From positions 36,103 to 100,102 of the forward strand of contig CAZNEE010000002.1 of the NCBI GenBank assembly GCA_964572255.1: a stretch of 64,000 nt of DNA. The letters are read 5' to 3'. The translations under genes were made by a program, and so were the position numbers. Origin of the DNA: an uncultured Planctomycetia bacterium. GTDB lineage: Bacteria > Omnitrophota > Gorgyraeia > Tantalellales > Tantalellaceae. The notes under the pieces were generated by a model. That model was not told where the DNA came from and searched no databases. It saw nothing but the letters and a program-made list of their open reading frames with translations. Of this stretch, positions 1-8,232 are shown piece by piece (within the stretch, counting starts at the first letter, position 1; every line of letters begins with the position of its first letter).

Positions 1-71
1 GCCGCGCACACGAACGGGACAAATACCAGACACATGGCTAGAGCGGTTAAAACGATAAGTCTTCTCTTCAT
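1..71 (-). CDS. 5' end of a secreted protein (runs off the window)
   Basis: ATG at 71 with AAGGAGG upstream; translates to MKRRLIVLTALAMCLVFVPFVCA, signal-peptide-like. Confidence 0.7.
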   Translation of the reverse strand, partial: MKRRLIVLTALAMCLVFVPFVCA

Positions 72-243
72 TGCCTGCCTCCTTTTCTCGGATTAATAAT
101 ATGTATATTCTATCCTCTAAACAATATAATTACAAGAATTTCGGAAATTTTTTAGTTGAAAACAAAATTTCCCCTCACTTCTTGCAATTAATAACCCTGC
201 CAGGTATACATTAAGTAAAGAATAATTTAAAAAAGGAGGAAAA

Positions 244-594
244 ATGCTGATAAAAATTTTTGGTTGTTTATACATTGTTATGGCTGTATTGCTTCTTCTG
301 AACCCGGAAGCATATCAGAGATGGATCAAAAAGAATAAAGAAAAAAGATTACTGCTCCTGCCCCTGCCGCTAATATTCGGAATAATTTTCATCTATATAG
401 GCCTCATGTATGAAGGAGTTCTGGCCACTATAATAGTGGTATTTGGAGCGCTGGCGATATTAAAAGCGGCAATTTTCCTGATCCCCTCACTATATAATTC
501 AATGATCGATTGGGCTTTGGATATGCCTCTCGTGCTTTATAGGGTCGGGGCATGCGTGCATATTGCCATTGGCGCGATATTTTTATTTCTCTAA
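244..594 (+). CDS. Small hydrophobic membrane protein (DUF2065-like)
   Basis: AGGAGG RBS; about 4 hydrophobic segments. Confidence 0.7.
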   Translation: MLIKIFGCLYIVMAVLLLLNPEAYQRWIKKNKEKRLLLLPLPLIFGIIFIYIGLMYEGVLATIIVVFGALAILKAAIFLIPSLYNSMIDWALDMPLVLYRVGACVHIAIGAIFLFL

Positions 595-601
595 TAAAAG
601 A

Positions 602-641
602 CAAAAAGGGCTGGTCACAATTTGCAACCAGCCCTTTTTGC
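602..641. terminator. Bidirectional intrinsic terminator
   Basis: AAAAAGGGCTGGT...ACCAGCCCTTTTT hairpin between convergent genes. Confidence 0.85.
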
Positions 642-658
642 TTTACATGCCTATATAA

Positions 659-1006
659 TTATTCCTTGCTCAAGAATTTAGGCTCATCAAGTATAGGCTC
701 ATACCCTTCAGGTATCGGGAACGGGAAAGTAACGACTTCATATACTCCCACCGCAGCTCTTTTAACGGTATTGACAGCGCCGAAAAAGAATCCTTCGAAC
801 ATGCCTTTAGCTGCGCCTTTTTCTTCGCTCTGGCGTATCATGGTCCCCGGTATTTCTACGGGGGCATCAAGGATGTTCATGAACCCTCTGCCGAGTTTCT
901 GGATCGGCGGCTGATCCGCAAGAGAACTGCTGCTTCCCTGCGCCCAAGCCGGTGAGGCGGCAAGAACAAGTGCCACAACAACGATCAATGCGTAAAGCTT
1001 TTTCAT
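659..1006 (-). CDS. Exosortase-system-associated protein, TIGR04073-like
   Basis: Signal peptide; KLGRG..N...P.E.P and VGVYEVVTFP.P.P motifs; paralog at 27801-28148. Confidence 0.75.
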   Translation of the reverse strand: MKKLYALIVVVALVLAASPAWAQGSSSSLADQPPIQKLGRGFMNILDAPVEIPGTMIRQSEEKGAAKGMFEGFFFGAVNTVKRAAVGVYEVVTFPFPIPEGYEPILDEPKFLSKE

Positions 1007-1021
1007 TTTTCCTCCTTCTTC

Positions 1022-2146
1022 TTATTTGAAATATTCCTTGAGGTTTGAAATGTCATCTTTAACCCAAGGTAATGCCAACATCAAGAGCAATCGTGCTTTC
1101 GGGCCGGTAAGGTCGCCTGCCAAGATCACTCCTTCTCCTTCAAGCATGGCACCCCCGCCCTGGTCACCGTATATGGGATATACTCTACCATGATATACGC
1201 GAGTTGCAAGAACAATTACCACACCTTTATCCTTAGCGTACTTGATCGCCTCTTCAACTTTCGCGTTAACGTTCCCCGCGCCGACGCCTTCTATTACAAT
1301 GCCTACAGCGCCCGAATCGGCGGCATACTTTACAAGGTCTCCATCATCGCCTGCATATGTCTTGAGAAGCGCCACCTTGGGAAACGTTTCGGGGATGGAA
1401 AACTTCAGCCTGTTGGGGCTTTCGTTATACCGGTAAACTTTACCGTTCTGGATATATCCCAAATATCCTTTTTCGCCGGAATTAAACGTTTGAACATTAG
1501 TGGTCTGTGTTTTTACCACATTTTTAGAGGAATTTATATACTGATTCATAGTAACAGTTACTCCCCAATCTTTCGCTTCTTTGGAAGTTACCTGTATTAC
1601 CGCGTTCAGTATATTCGCCGGTCCGTCAGGTGAAATGTCTGAAGCATTGCGCATTGCGCCGACAAAAACTACCGGTTTGTTCGTTTTTAAAGTAAGATCC
1701 AGAAAATACGCTCCTTCAGCCATGGTATCCGTACCGTGCGTTATAACTGCGCCCGCGATACGTTCGTTATCCAGTATTTCATCCACCTTTTTGCTTAATT
1801 TAGCCCATATTTCAGGCGCCATCTGAGAGCTGTCAATGTTGGAGAAATTTATGACCTGAATATTTGCCGCTTTCGAAAGACCCGGCACAGCTTCAAGCAG
1901 ATCTTCGCCTGAAAGCGCGGGAACCGAACCGCCGGTTTTGGGGTCCGTCTTTTCTGCTATAGTGCCCCCGGTAGTAATTATCGCAACCATGGGCAACTTC
2001 TTAGGAACTTGAACTTCCGGGGGCTCCTGGACTTCCGGGGCCGGTTGAACTCCCGTAACTTCTTGAAACGTTGTTTCCTCCGCGGCGTAAGATAACCCGC
2101 CAAAAGCGATAAAAATAAAAATGCTAAAAACAAAAAATTTTTTCAT
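1022..2146 (-). CDS. ansB: Secreted type II L-asparaginase
   Basis: TGGTIA and HGTDT motifs; start moved to ATG 2146 (AGGAGG RBS, signal peptide MKKFFVF). Confidence 0.85.
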   Translation of the reverse strand: MKKFFVFSIFIFIAFGGLSYAAEETTFQEVTGVQPAPEVQEPPEVQVPKKLPMVAIITTGGTIAEKTDPKTGGSVPALSGEDLLEAVPGLSKAANIQVINFSNIDSSQMAPEIWAKLSKKVDEILDNERIAGAVITHGTDTMAEGAYFLDLTLKTNKPVVFVGAMRNASDISPDGPANILNAVIQVTSKEAKDWGVTVTMNQYINSSKNVVKTQTTNVQTFNSGEKGYLGYIQNGKVYRYNESPNRLKFSIPETFPKVALLKTYAGDDGDLVKYAADSGAVGIVIEGVGAGNVNAKVEEAIKYAKDKGVVIVLATRVYHGRVYPIYGDQGGGAMLEGEGVILAGDLTGPKARLLLMLALPWVKDDISNLKEYFK

Positions 2147-2174
2147 AAAAATTCCTCCTTTTACAGGAAGCGAT

Positions 2175-2351
2175 CTATGCTGCCAGTTCAATGAGCTTTT
2201 TCGCGATTCTAATGTGTTTGATCTCGTCATCACGTATAGATATGAGCTCTTTTTTTATTTCGCCTTCTTCAAGCTGATCGATGTAATGATCGTAAAAATA
2301 TTTTGCTCTTTCTTCATATGTTAAAATCTTCTTGAACCTTTCCGATAACAT
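2175..2351 (-). CDS. Small half-ferritin-like helical hairpin protein
   Basis: E-E-x-A...Y and DExxH (DEIKH) motifs; start probably ATG 2351 just after the upstream stop. Confidence 0.6.
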   Translation of the reverse strand: MLSERFKKILTYEERAKYFYDHYIDQLEEGEIKKELISIRDDEIKHIRIAKKLIELAA

Positions 2352-2352
2352 G

Positions 2353-2595
2353 TCAAAACTCATCTTTAGGGCTCCTCTCGACTTGATCCAGCATTTTATC
2401 GACCATCTCTTTATGGCGGGTTGAATCCTTGTAAAGTATTGAAAGGCATTTGTCTATTTCCTTCTTCTTGTCCTCTTCAAGCCCTTCCGTAAGATCCGCC
2501 AAAGCGCCGGCGAATTTAGTAAATGAGGTGACCATGCCTTCTTCCACAAATTTAAGTTCGAACAAACCTGCAAGCAGCCTCTTTTTTGATATCAT
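2353..2595 (-). CDS. Small half-ferritin-like helical hairpin protein
   Basis: ExxxxEE helix and DSxxH (DSTRH) helix. Confidence 0.55.
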   Translation of the reverse strand: MISKKRLLAGLFELKFVEEGMVTSFTKFAGALADLTEGLEEDKKKEIDKCLSILYKDSTRHKEMVDKMLDQVERSPKDEF

Positions 2596-2597
2596 TT

Positions 2598-3122
2598 TTA
2601 CTCCTCTTTCATCAAACTTCTGACTTTTTCTAATATTATTTCAGGCAATACGTCTCTATTATCCACGGTAACTTCGGTTATTTCAATATCTTTTCTTCCT
2701 TTCGCTTTAGGTATAAAATCGGTCCCGCCGAAGGTTATCGTACCTATAACAATATTCGGAGAATCAAGGGCGCGCTCTGCGGCCTCAATAAAACTTTTGG
2801 AAAAACATTCCATCTTGCCGATCTCATCGAGAATAATGATATTATTGTCCGTAGGTAAGATCGCTGGTACGGCTATGTTTTCAATATTCTCGATGCTTAC
2901 ACCGTATCGCCTGATATGAAAATCCGACTCTATATCCTGATGAGCAAGGTATCCGCTCTTTCCGTCAACTGTTGACATGCGGAAACCTACCCGTCTTCCT
3001 TCGATCCTTTCTTCCTCCGTATAAAATCCGTTGCAGGGATGACTTAAAGACCTTATTACCTTTTTGATCACGGTGGTCTTTCCTGATGAGGGGGCGCCTG
3101 TTAAGAATATGTTCTTTTTCAT
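2598..3122 (-). CDS. THEP1-family nucleoside triphosphatase
   Basis: GAPSSGKTT P-loop, GFYTEE, ILDEIGKME. Confidence 0.9.
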   Translation of the reverse strand: MKKNIFLTGAPSSGKTTVIKKVIRSLSHPCNGFYTEEERIEGRRVGFRMSTVDGKSGYLAHQDIESDFHIRRYGVSIENIENIAVPAILPTDNNIIILDEIGKMECFSKSFIEAAERALDSPNIVIGTITFGGTDFIPKAKGRKDIEITEVTVDNRDVLPEIILEKVRSLMKEE

Positions 3123-3842
3123 CTATAAGATCGCTGTTTCCAATTTCTTTTGAACAATATCCCGAAGTTTGGCGAAGTCGCCGGGTTTAAATCCTGAAGT
3201 ATCGATCGCGGGAAGCACTTTTAATTCGCCGAACACTTTTGTCTTGAAGACCCAGCCTCCTTTCGGGATGGCTTCCCTTGTTCCGCTAACTGCGATAGGA
3301 AGAATGGGCTTCTTCTCTTTAATGGCAAGTTTAAACGCTCCGTTCTGGAATTTATTCATCTGGTCGGTTTCACTGCGGGTGCCTTCCGGGAAGAACAATA
3401 CGGACATGTCCTTTCTAAGCCATTTGCTGGCTTCTCTATAAACAGCCTTAATGCTTCCGAACTCCCCGCGTGCAAGTTTTATATGTTTGGTGAGAGACAT
3501 GCACCATCCCACGAACGGGACTTTAAAAAGGGATTCTTTAGCCACCCATTTGAATTGCATGCGGGTTTTATACATCACCACTATATCCGCAAGGCTCTGG
3601 TGGTTCGCGATCACCACGTATGTTTTTTTGTGGTCAATGTTCTCAAGGCCGCTTACCTTTAGATTCCAGAGCGGGTTCAACCCTATAATAGCGTTTGCCC
3701 ACCAGTAACATTGCGCATGAGCTGCTTTTCTTTTTTTGTCGAACGGAAAAAGGATTATGACGAGAAAAAGCTCAACGAAAAAAAGAAGAATTGTCAGAAT
3801 GGAGCTGCTTAGCCAGATCGCTATTGATGTTATGACTTTCAT
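3123..3842 (-). CDS. plsC: 1-acyl-sn-glycerol-3-phosphate acyltransferase
   Basis: NHQSLAD (HX4D) and FFPEGTRS motifs. Confidence 0.9.
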   Translation of the reverse strand: MKVITSIAIWLSSSILTILLFFVELFLVIILFPFDKKRKAAHAQCYWWANAIIGLNPLWNLKVSGLENIDHKKTYVVIANHQSLADIVVMYKTRMQFKWVAKESLFKVPFVGWCMSLTKHIKLARGEFGSIKAVYREASKWLRKDMSVLFFPEGTRSETDQMNKFQNGAFKLAIKEKKPILPIAVSGTREAIPKGGWVFKTKVFGELKVLPAIDTSGFKPGDFAKLRDIVQKKLETAIL

Positions 3843-3858
3843 TTCTACTCTAAAAACT

Positions 3859-4362
3859 TTACTCTACAGAAACGATCTTAACGTCGAAGTTCAACTTTTT
3901 TCCTGCAAGAGGATGGTTGAAATCTATGATAACGGTATCATCTTTGATCTGAGCGATCCTTATTAAAAAGACTTTACCGTCCGAAGCTTTGGCCTGGAAC
4001 GGCATGCCGATCTTTAATTCCATATCTTGCGGGAAATCTGTTTTCGGGACTTCATGGAACGCTTTGGGGTCGATATTTCCGTACCCCTCTTCCGGTGATA
4101 TTTCTATGCTTTTTTCTTCTCCGGCTTTCATGCCTTCCAGTTCCTTGGAAAGCCCCGGCACGATCTTGCCCTCACCATGGGTATATTTTGCGGGTTCTTT
4201 GCCTTCAGACGTTTCCACCACTTGCCCGTCTACTGTGAGCGTATAATCAAACTCAACTGTTTTTCCGTCCTGAATAGTCATCCGATCTCCCTTCCGTTTA
4301 GCGTAACAATCTGCCGGAATAAATAACGAAATTATCAATAAAGCCAAGAGCAAACGTTTCAT
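3859..4362 (-). CDS. slyD: FKBP-type peptidyl-prolyl isomerase, SlyD-like
   Basis: GLxxxLxGM, PEEGYG and DFNHPLAGK motifs; no His-rich tail; N-terminal signal-like peptide. Confidence 0.85.
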   Translation of the reverse strand: MKRLLLALLIISLFIPADCYAKRKGDRMTIQDGKTVEFDYTLTVDGQVVETSEGKEPAKYTHGEGKIVPGLSKELEGMKAGEEKSIEISPEEGYGNIDPKAFHEVPKTDFPQDMELKIGMPFQAKASDGKVFLIRIAQIKDDTVIIDFNHPLAGKKLNFDVKIVSVE

Positions 4363-4381
4363 GTAAAGATCTCCTTATAGT

Positions 4382-5839
4382 TTATTTGGACCCGACAGTC
4401 TCCTGTGTTTTAGCCGCTGCCTTCTTCTCTACGGATCTTGATTCCGGGCATTCGCCTGTCCAGCAGTAAGTGCAAAGTTTCTCTTTCGGAAGACCGATAG
4501 CATCTACCATGTCATCCAGTGTCTGGTACCTCAACGTCGTCACATCAAGGTCATCAGCGATCCATTGCACCATCTTTTTATATTTGTCCGAATTTTCATC
4601 GACATATTCTGATACGTCCTCTATGTCATGCCCCTCGAGAGCTTTAATGGCCTTGCGCGCAGCCAACTCATGTATGCTTCGCGTCGAAAGACAGAACTTG
4701 CACGGAAACATGAGCGGCGGACATGCAGGTCTTGCATGTACCTCTTTTGCACCGCAATCCCACAATTTCTTGACCGTATAATTCTTAAGCTGTGTACCTC
4801 TTACTATGGAATCCTCGCAAATAACAATTCTATTGCCTTCAATAACCTCTCTTATCGGGATCAATTTCATGGTGGCAATAAGATCGCGCGTTTCCTGTGA
4901 CGGCGGTGTATAACTTCGGCCGTATCCCGGAGTATATTTTACAAGAGGCCTTCTTAAAGGTTTTCCCGACTCCATGGCATAACCCAGCGCATGGCCGACC
5001 CCCGAATCGGGGATGCCGGCAACCAGATCCACACCGATATCTTTATCGTGACGCGCCAGCGCCTGGCCGCATCTTTCCCTAACGGTCTCCGTATTAATGC
5101 TTTCATAATCCGAAGCGGGGAAACCGGTATATATCCATAGGAATGTACATATCTGCATTTCTTCGTTCCCGGAACTTCTTTGTTCCATCCCCTTCTCATT
5201 AAGAAGAACAACTTCACCCGGTTCCAGGTACTTAACCACCTGGAAGTGATTGTTGGGGAATGCAGTCGACTCTGAAGTTACCGCCCATGTGTCATCCTTT
5301 CTTCCGATCACAAGAGGCGTGTATCCCCAACGGTCCCTGGCCGCATATATACCCTCTTCATTTAAGAGCAGTAGCGAACAGGAGCCTTCTATCACATCGA
5401 ACATTTTCTCGATACCGTCTGTGATATCATCACCCTGACTGATTATTTTTGCCATGAGTTCCGTAACATTGACTTTTCCGTCGCTCATCTCACTGAAAGA
5501 AAATCCTTTTTTAAGAAGCTGATATGACAAACTTTTGGAGTTTTCTATGAGGCCGCTGGTAACAATGCAGAATGGCCCGAATTTTGAATTAAGGTACATC
5601 GGCTGTTCACTGCTGTCGCTGATAACGCCTATCCCCTTGTTGCCGACGAGGCGTTTCGCATCTTCATAAAACTTAGATTTGAACTGGCTTTGGCTGATAT
5701 TATGGATCTGACGCTGAAAAGCTTCTCCGAGAACCGCTATCCCGCCATATTCTGTCCCCATGTGTGAATGATAATCCGTGCCGTACAGCAAAGTATCGGT
5801 ACAATTCTCTTTTGAAATAACTCCAAAAACGCCGCTCAT
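4382..5839 (-). CDS. Amidophosphoribosyltransferase-like protein lacking the catalytic Cys1
   Basis: Ntn-type N-terminus MSGVFG, PDSG, PRPP loop CEDSIVRGT, CPP and CTYC Fe-S ligands. Confidence 0.85.
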   Translation of the reverse strand: MSGVFGVISKENCTDTLLYGTDYHSHMGTEYGGIAVLGEAFQRQIHNISQSQFKSKFYEDAKRLVGNKGIGVISDSSEQPMYLNSKFGPFCIVTSGLIENSKSLSYQLLKKGFSFSEMSDGKVNVTELMAKIISQGDDITDGIEKMFDVIEGSCSLLLLNEEGIYAARDRWGYTPLVIGRKDDTWAVTSESTAFPNNHFQVVKYLEPGEVVLLNEKGMEQRSSGNEEMQICTFLWIYTGFPASDYESINTETVRERCGQALARHDKDIGVDLVAGIPDSGVGHALGYAMESGKPLRRPLVKYTPGYGRSYTPPSQETRDLIATMKLIPIREVIEGNRIVICEDSIVRGTQLKNYTVKKLWDCGAKEVHARPACPPLMFPCKFCLSTRSIHELAARKAIKALEGHDIEDVSEYVDENSDKYKKMVQWIADDLDVTTLRYQTLDDMVDAIGLPKEKLCTYCWTGECPESRSVEKKAAAKTQETVGSK

Positions 5840-5932
5840 TATTTTTCCTCCTATATGTATTTAGTTCCCGGTAATGTGCGCCAACAAATAGATTTCTATT
5901 ATAACCCCGGAACAGCTATTTTTACAACAGTT

Positions 5933-7237
5933 TTAAAAATAACGAAGCCAAATATACAGGGTACAAATGACCATCGATTGGATCATGAACATAAAACCGT
6001 ATTTAAAGAAATGCATAAAACTTATGCGATAATTGTTCCTCTCGCTGATGCGGGCCATGACGATATTTGCCGAAGCCCCTATCAAAGTACCGTTGCCTCC
6101 GAGACATGCCCCTAAGGCAAGCGCCCACCATAATGGGTGCGCTATCTGCATATGAACAACCGCCGGATCAGCGATACCCGAGACTTGCGAAAAATAATCA
6201 ACAAAATGTCTTACCAAGGGAACCATGGTAATAACAAAGGGGATATTATCAAGAATGGACGAGAAAAACGCTGAACCCCATAATACGATGATGCAAACAA
6301 GAAACAGATTCTTGCCGGCAAGATGGATGATATGATACCCTATCCATGAAATAACTCCATTCACTTCTAAAGCCGCTATCATCATGAACATCCCTATAAA
6401 AAAGAATATCACCCCCCATTCAACACGCATTAATGTATCTTCGCTCTCTGCTCTGCAGACAAGAAGCATCAGCATACTGCCGCAAAGAGCTATAATCCCG
6501 GGTTGTATATTCAGCATGTTGTGCGTAAAAAATCCCACAAAGATCAGCCCGAGGACCAAAAGTGAATTGATCATGTTCTTTTTATCCACGATCGCTAAAT
6601 GCGGGATGGCTTCTTTCACTCTCAGTCTTACCTTTTCTGGAACCTGGAATTTATTCCTGAACATGAAAAAGATCGTAGCAATAAAAACCGCAAATACAAG
6701 TATCACTACAGGTCCGAGATTGACTATAAAACTGTTAAAGGATAATCCGGCCTGAGATCCGATAATAATATTAGGAGGATCTCCTATCAAAGTGGACGTG
6801 CCGCCGATATTCGATACTATCGCTTCCATTATGATAAAAGGGACCGGCGATATCTCAAGAAGCTGCATAATAAGGATGGTAACGGGGACCAGCAGGATTA
6901 TAGTTGTCACATTATCAAGAAATGCCGAAAGAAGCGCGGTCACGGATAAAAGAAGAAGCATAATAAGCCATGGATCGCCCTTTGCGTGTTTTGCGACGCT
7001 GATCGCCGTCCATTCAAAAAAACCTGTTTTTGAAAGTATATATACGGAGGTCATCATCCCCACAAGAAGAAATACTACATTAAAATCAACCGCCGCAACC
7101 GCGGATTCAAAAGACACAAGTTTTAAGAAAATAACGCAGGAAGCCCCTATCACGGCAACGATTGTCTTGTTTACTTTATCTGTCGCAATAAATAAATAAG
7201 CTGCAATAAATATTAGGACCGACAATAATGCTTTCAT
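5933..7237 (-). CDS. ArsB/NhaD (IT superfamily) permease
   Basis: SAFLDNVTT, NIGG...IGDPPN and GGNGTLIGASAN motifs. Confidence 0.9.
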   Translation of the reverse strand: MKALLSVLIFIAAYLFIATDKVNKTIVAVIGASCVIFLKLVSFESAVAAVDFNVVFLLVGMMTSVYILSKTGFFEWTAISVAKHAKGDPWLIMLLLLSVTALLSAFLDNVTTIILLVPVTILIMQLLEISPVPFIIMEAIVSNIGGTSTLIGDPPNIIIGSQAGLSFNSFIVNLGPVVILVFAVFIATIFFMFRNKFQVPEKVRLRVKEAIPHLAIVDKKNMINSLLVLGLIFVGFFTHNMLNIQPGIIALCGSMLMLLVCRAESEDTLMRVEWGVIFFFIGMFMMIAALEVNGVISWIGYHIIHLAGKNLFLVCIIVLWGSAFFSSILDNIPFVITMVPLVRHFVDYFSQVSGIADPAVVHMQIAHPLWWALALGACLGGNGTLIGASANIVMARISERNNYRISFMHFFKYGFMFMIQSMVICTLYIWLRYF

Positions 7238-7252
7238 TTTTTTAAATACCCC

Positions 7253-8179
7253 CTAAAAAAACAGTATCTTATCAATAATGCAGAACCGGTCTATGACCCC
7301 GCTGAGCGTACCGTCATCTTCCACGACAAAAAGTTTAGACTTTTGCTTAACCGTCATCTCGAATATTACCTCGAGAAGGGTCCTGTCCCGTTTTACCGGA
7401 GAAGGCCCTCTCAGCACAAGATCTTTTACTTTGAGGTCGCCTTTTATCCTGAAATATTTTTCAAACGGGTCTATGTGTTTAACGAAAGAAATGGTGCTGA
7501 GCTGCTTGAAAAAATCAGGCATCCCGTACTGGAAAATATCAAGACAGGAGATCTCTCCCTGAAATTTCCCCGCGTCATCTACAACCGGCAGGATATCAAA
7601 ACGTTTAAGGTGCATCGTTCTCGTGACATCTTCGATCGATGTATCCAACGTTACCACTTCAGCCGCCGGTCTGGCTATATCTTGCGCCAGGATACCCTCT
7701 GTCGCATCGATCCCGGCTTCTTTAAACCTTAAGAGGATCTCATTTACCGTTAAAGAACTTTTGAGCAAACCCTCCCCCTGTTTCATCTCGCTCAAGAACC
7801 GGATAACAGTGGACATGGCCTGAAGGATTACATACGGTTCCTCCGGGGACGAGATCATGAGAAATACAAAATTGACAGGCGCGCTATCCAGGCTTGAAAA
7901 GTCTATGCCTTTTCTGCTTATCGCCATCGCGACTTCAAATTTCCCCCAGCCTTCAATACGCGCATGGGGGAATGCCAGGCCGTTGCCTATGCCGGTTGTC
8001 TGAAGATTCTCCCTCTCCATAACGGCTTCATAGACATTTTCCCTGCTTAAATGGTATGTATGCTTCGGCTTACCCTCAAAGATCTTATCGATCAATGCCC
8101 GTATAGCTTCTTCCCTGGTATCAACTTTAAGATCGGACATGATCAAGTTTGAGGAAAGAAAATCCTGAATATTGATCAT
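7253..8179 (-). CDS. PTS EIIA (Ntr/Fru-like) domain fused to a CBS pair
   Basis: RE...TTGIGNGLAFPHAR phospho-His motif, followed by CBS-type LPVVD and LFVVE...LSGVI. Confidence 0.85.
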   Translation of the reverse strand: MINIQDFLSSNLIMSDLKVDTREEAIRALIDKIFEGKPKHTYHLSRENVYEAVMERENLQTTGIGNGLAFPHARIEGWGKFEVAMAISRKGIDFSSLDSAPVNFVFLMISSPEEPYVILQAMSTVIRFLSEMKQGEGLLKSSLTVNEILLRFKEAGIDATEGILAQDIARPAAEVVTLDTSIEDVTRTMHLKRFDILPVVDDAGKFQGEISCLDIFQYGMPDFFKQLSTISFVKHIDPFEKYFRIKGDLKVKDLVLRGPSPVKRDRTLLEVIFEMTVKQKSKLFVVEDDGTLSGVIDRFCIIDKILFF

Positions 8180-8232
8180 TGCTATCTCCTTCTAACAGAT
8201 AAGACGCGGCTTGAACAAATTGCTTTTTAGTA

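Noticed and set aside
2020-2070. Short repeat (ACTTCCGGGG) in the asparaginase gene
   Set aside because: Encodes a PEVQ linker after the signal peptide; ordinary low-complexity linker
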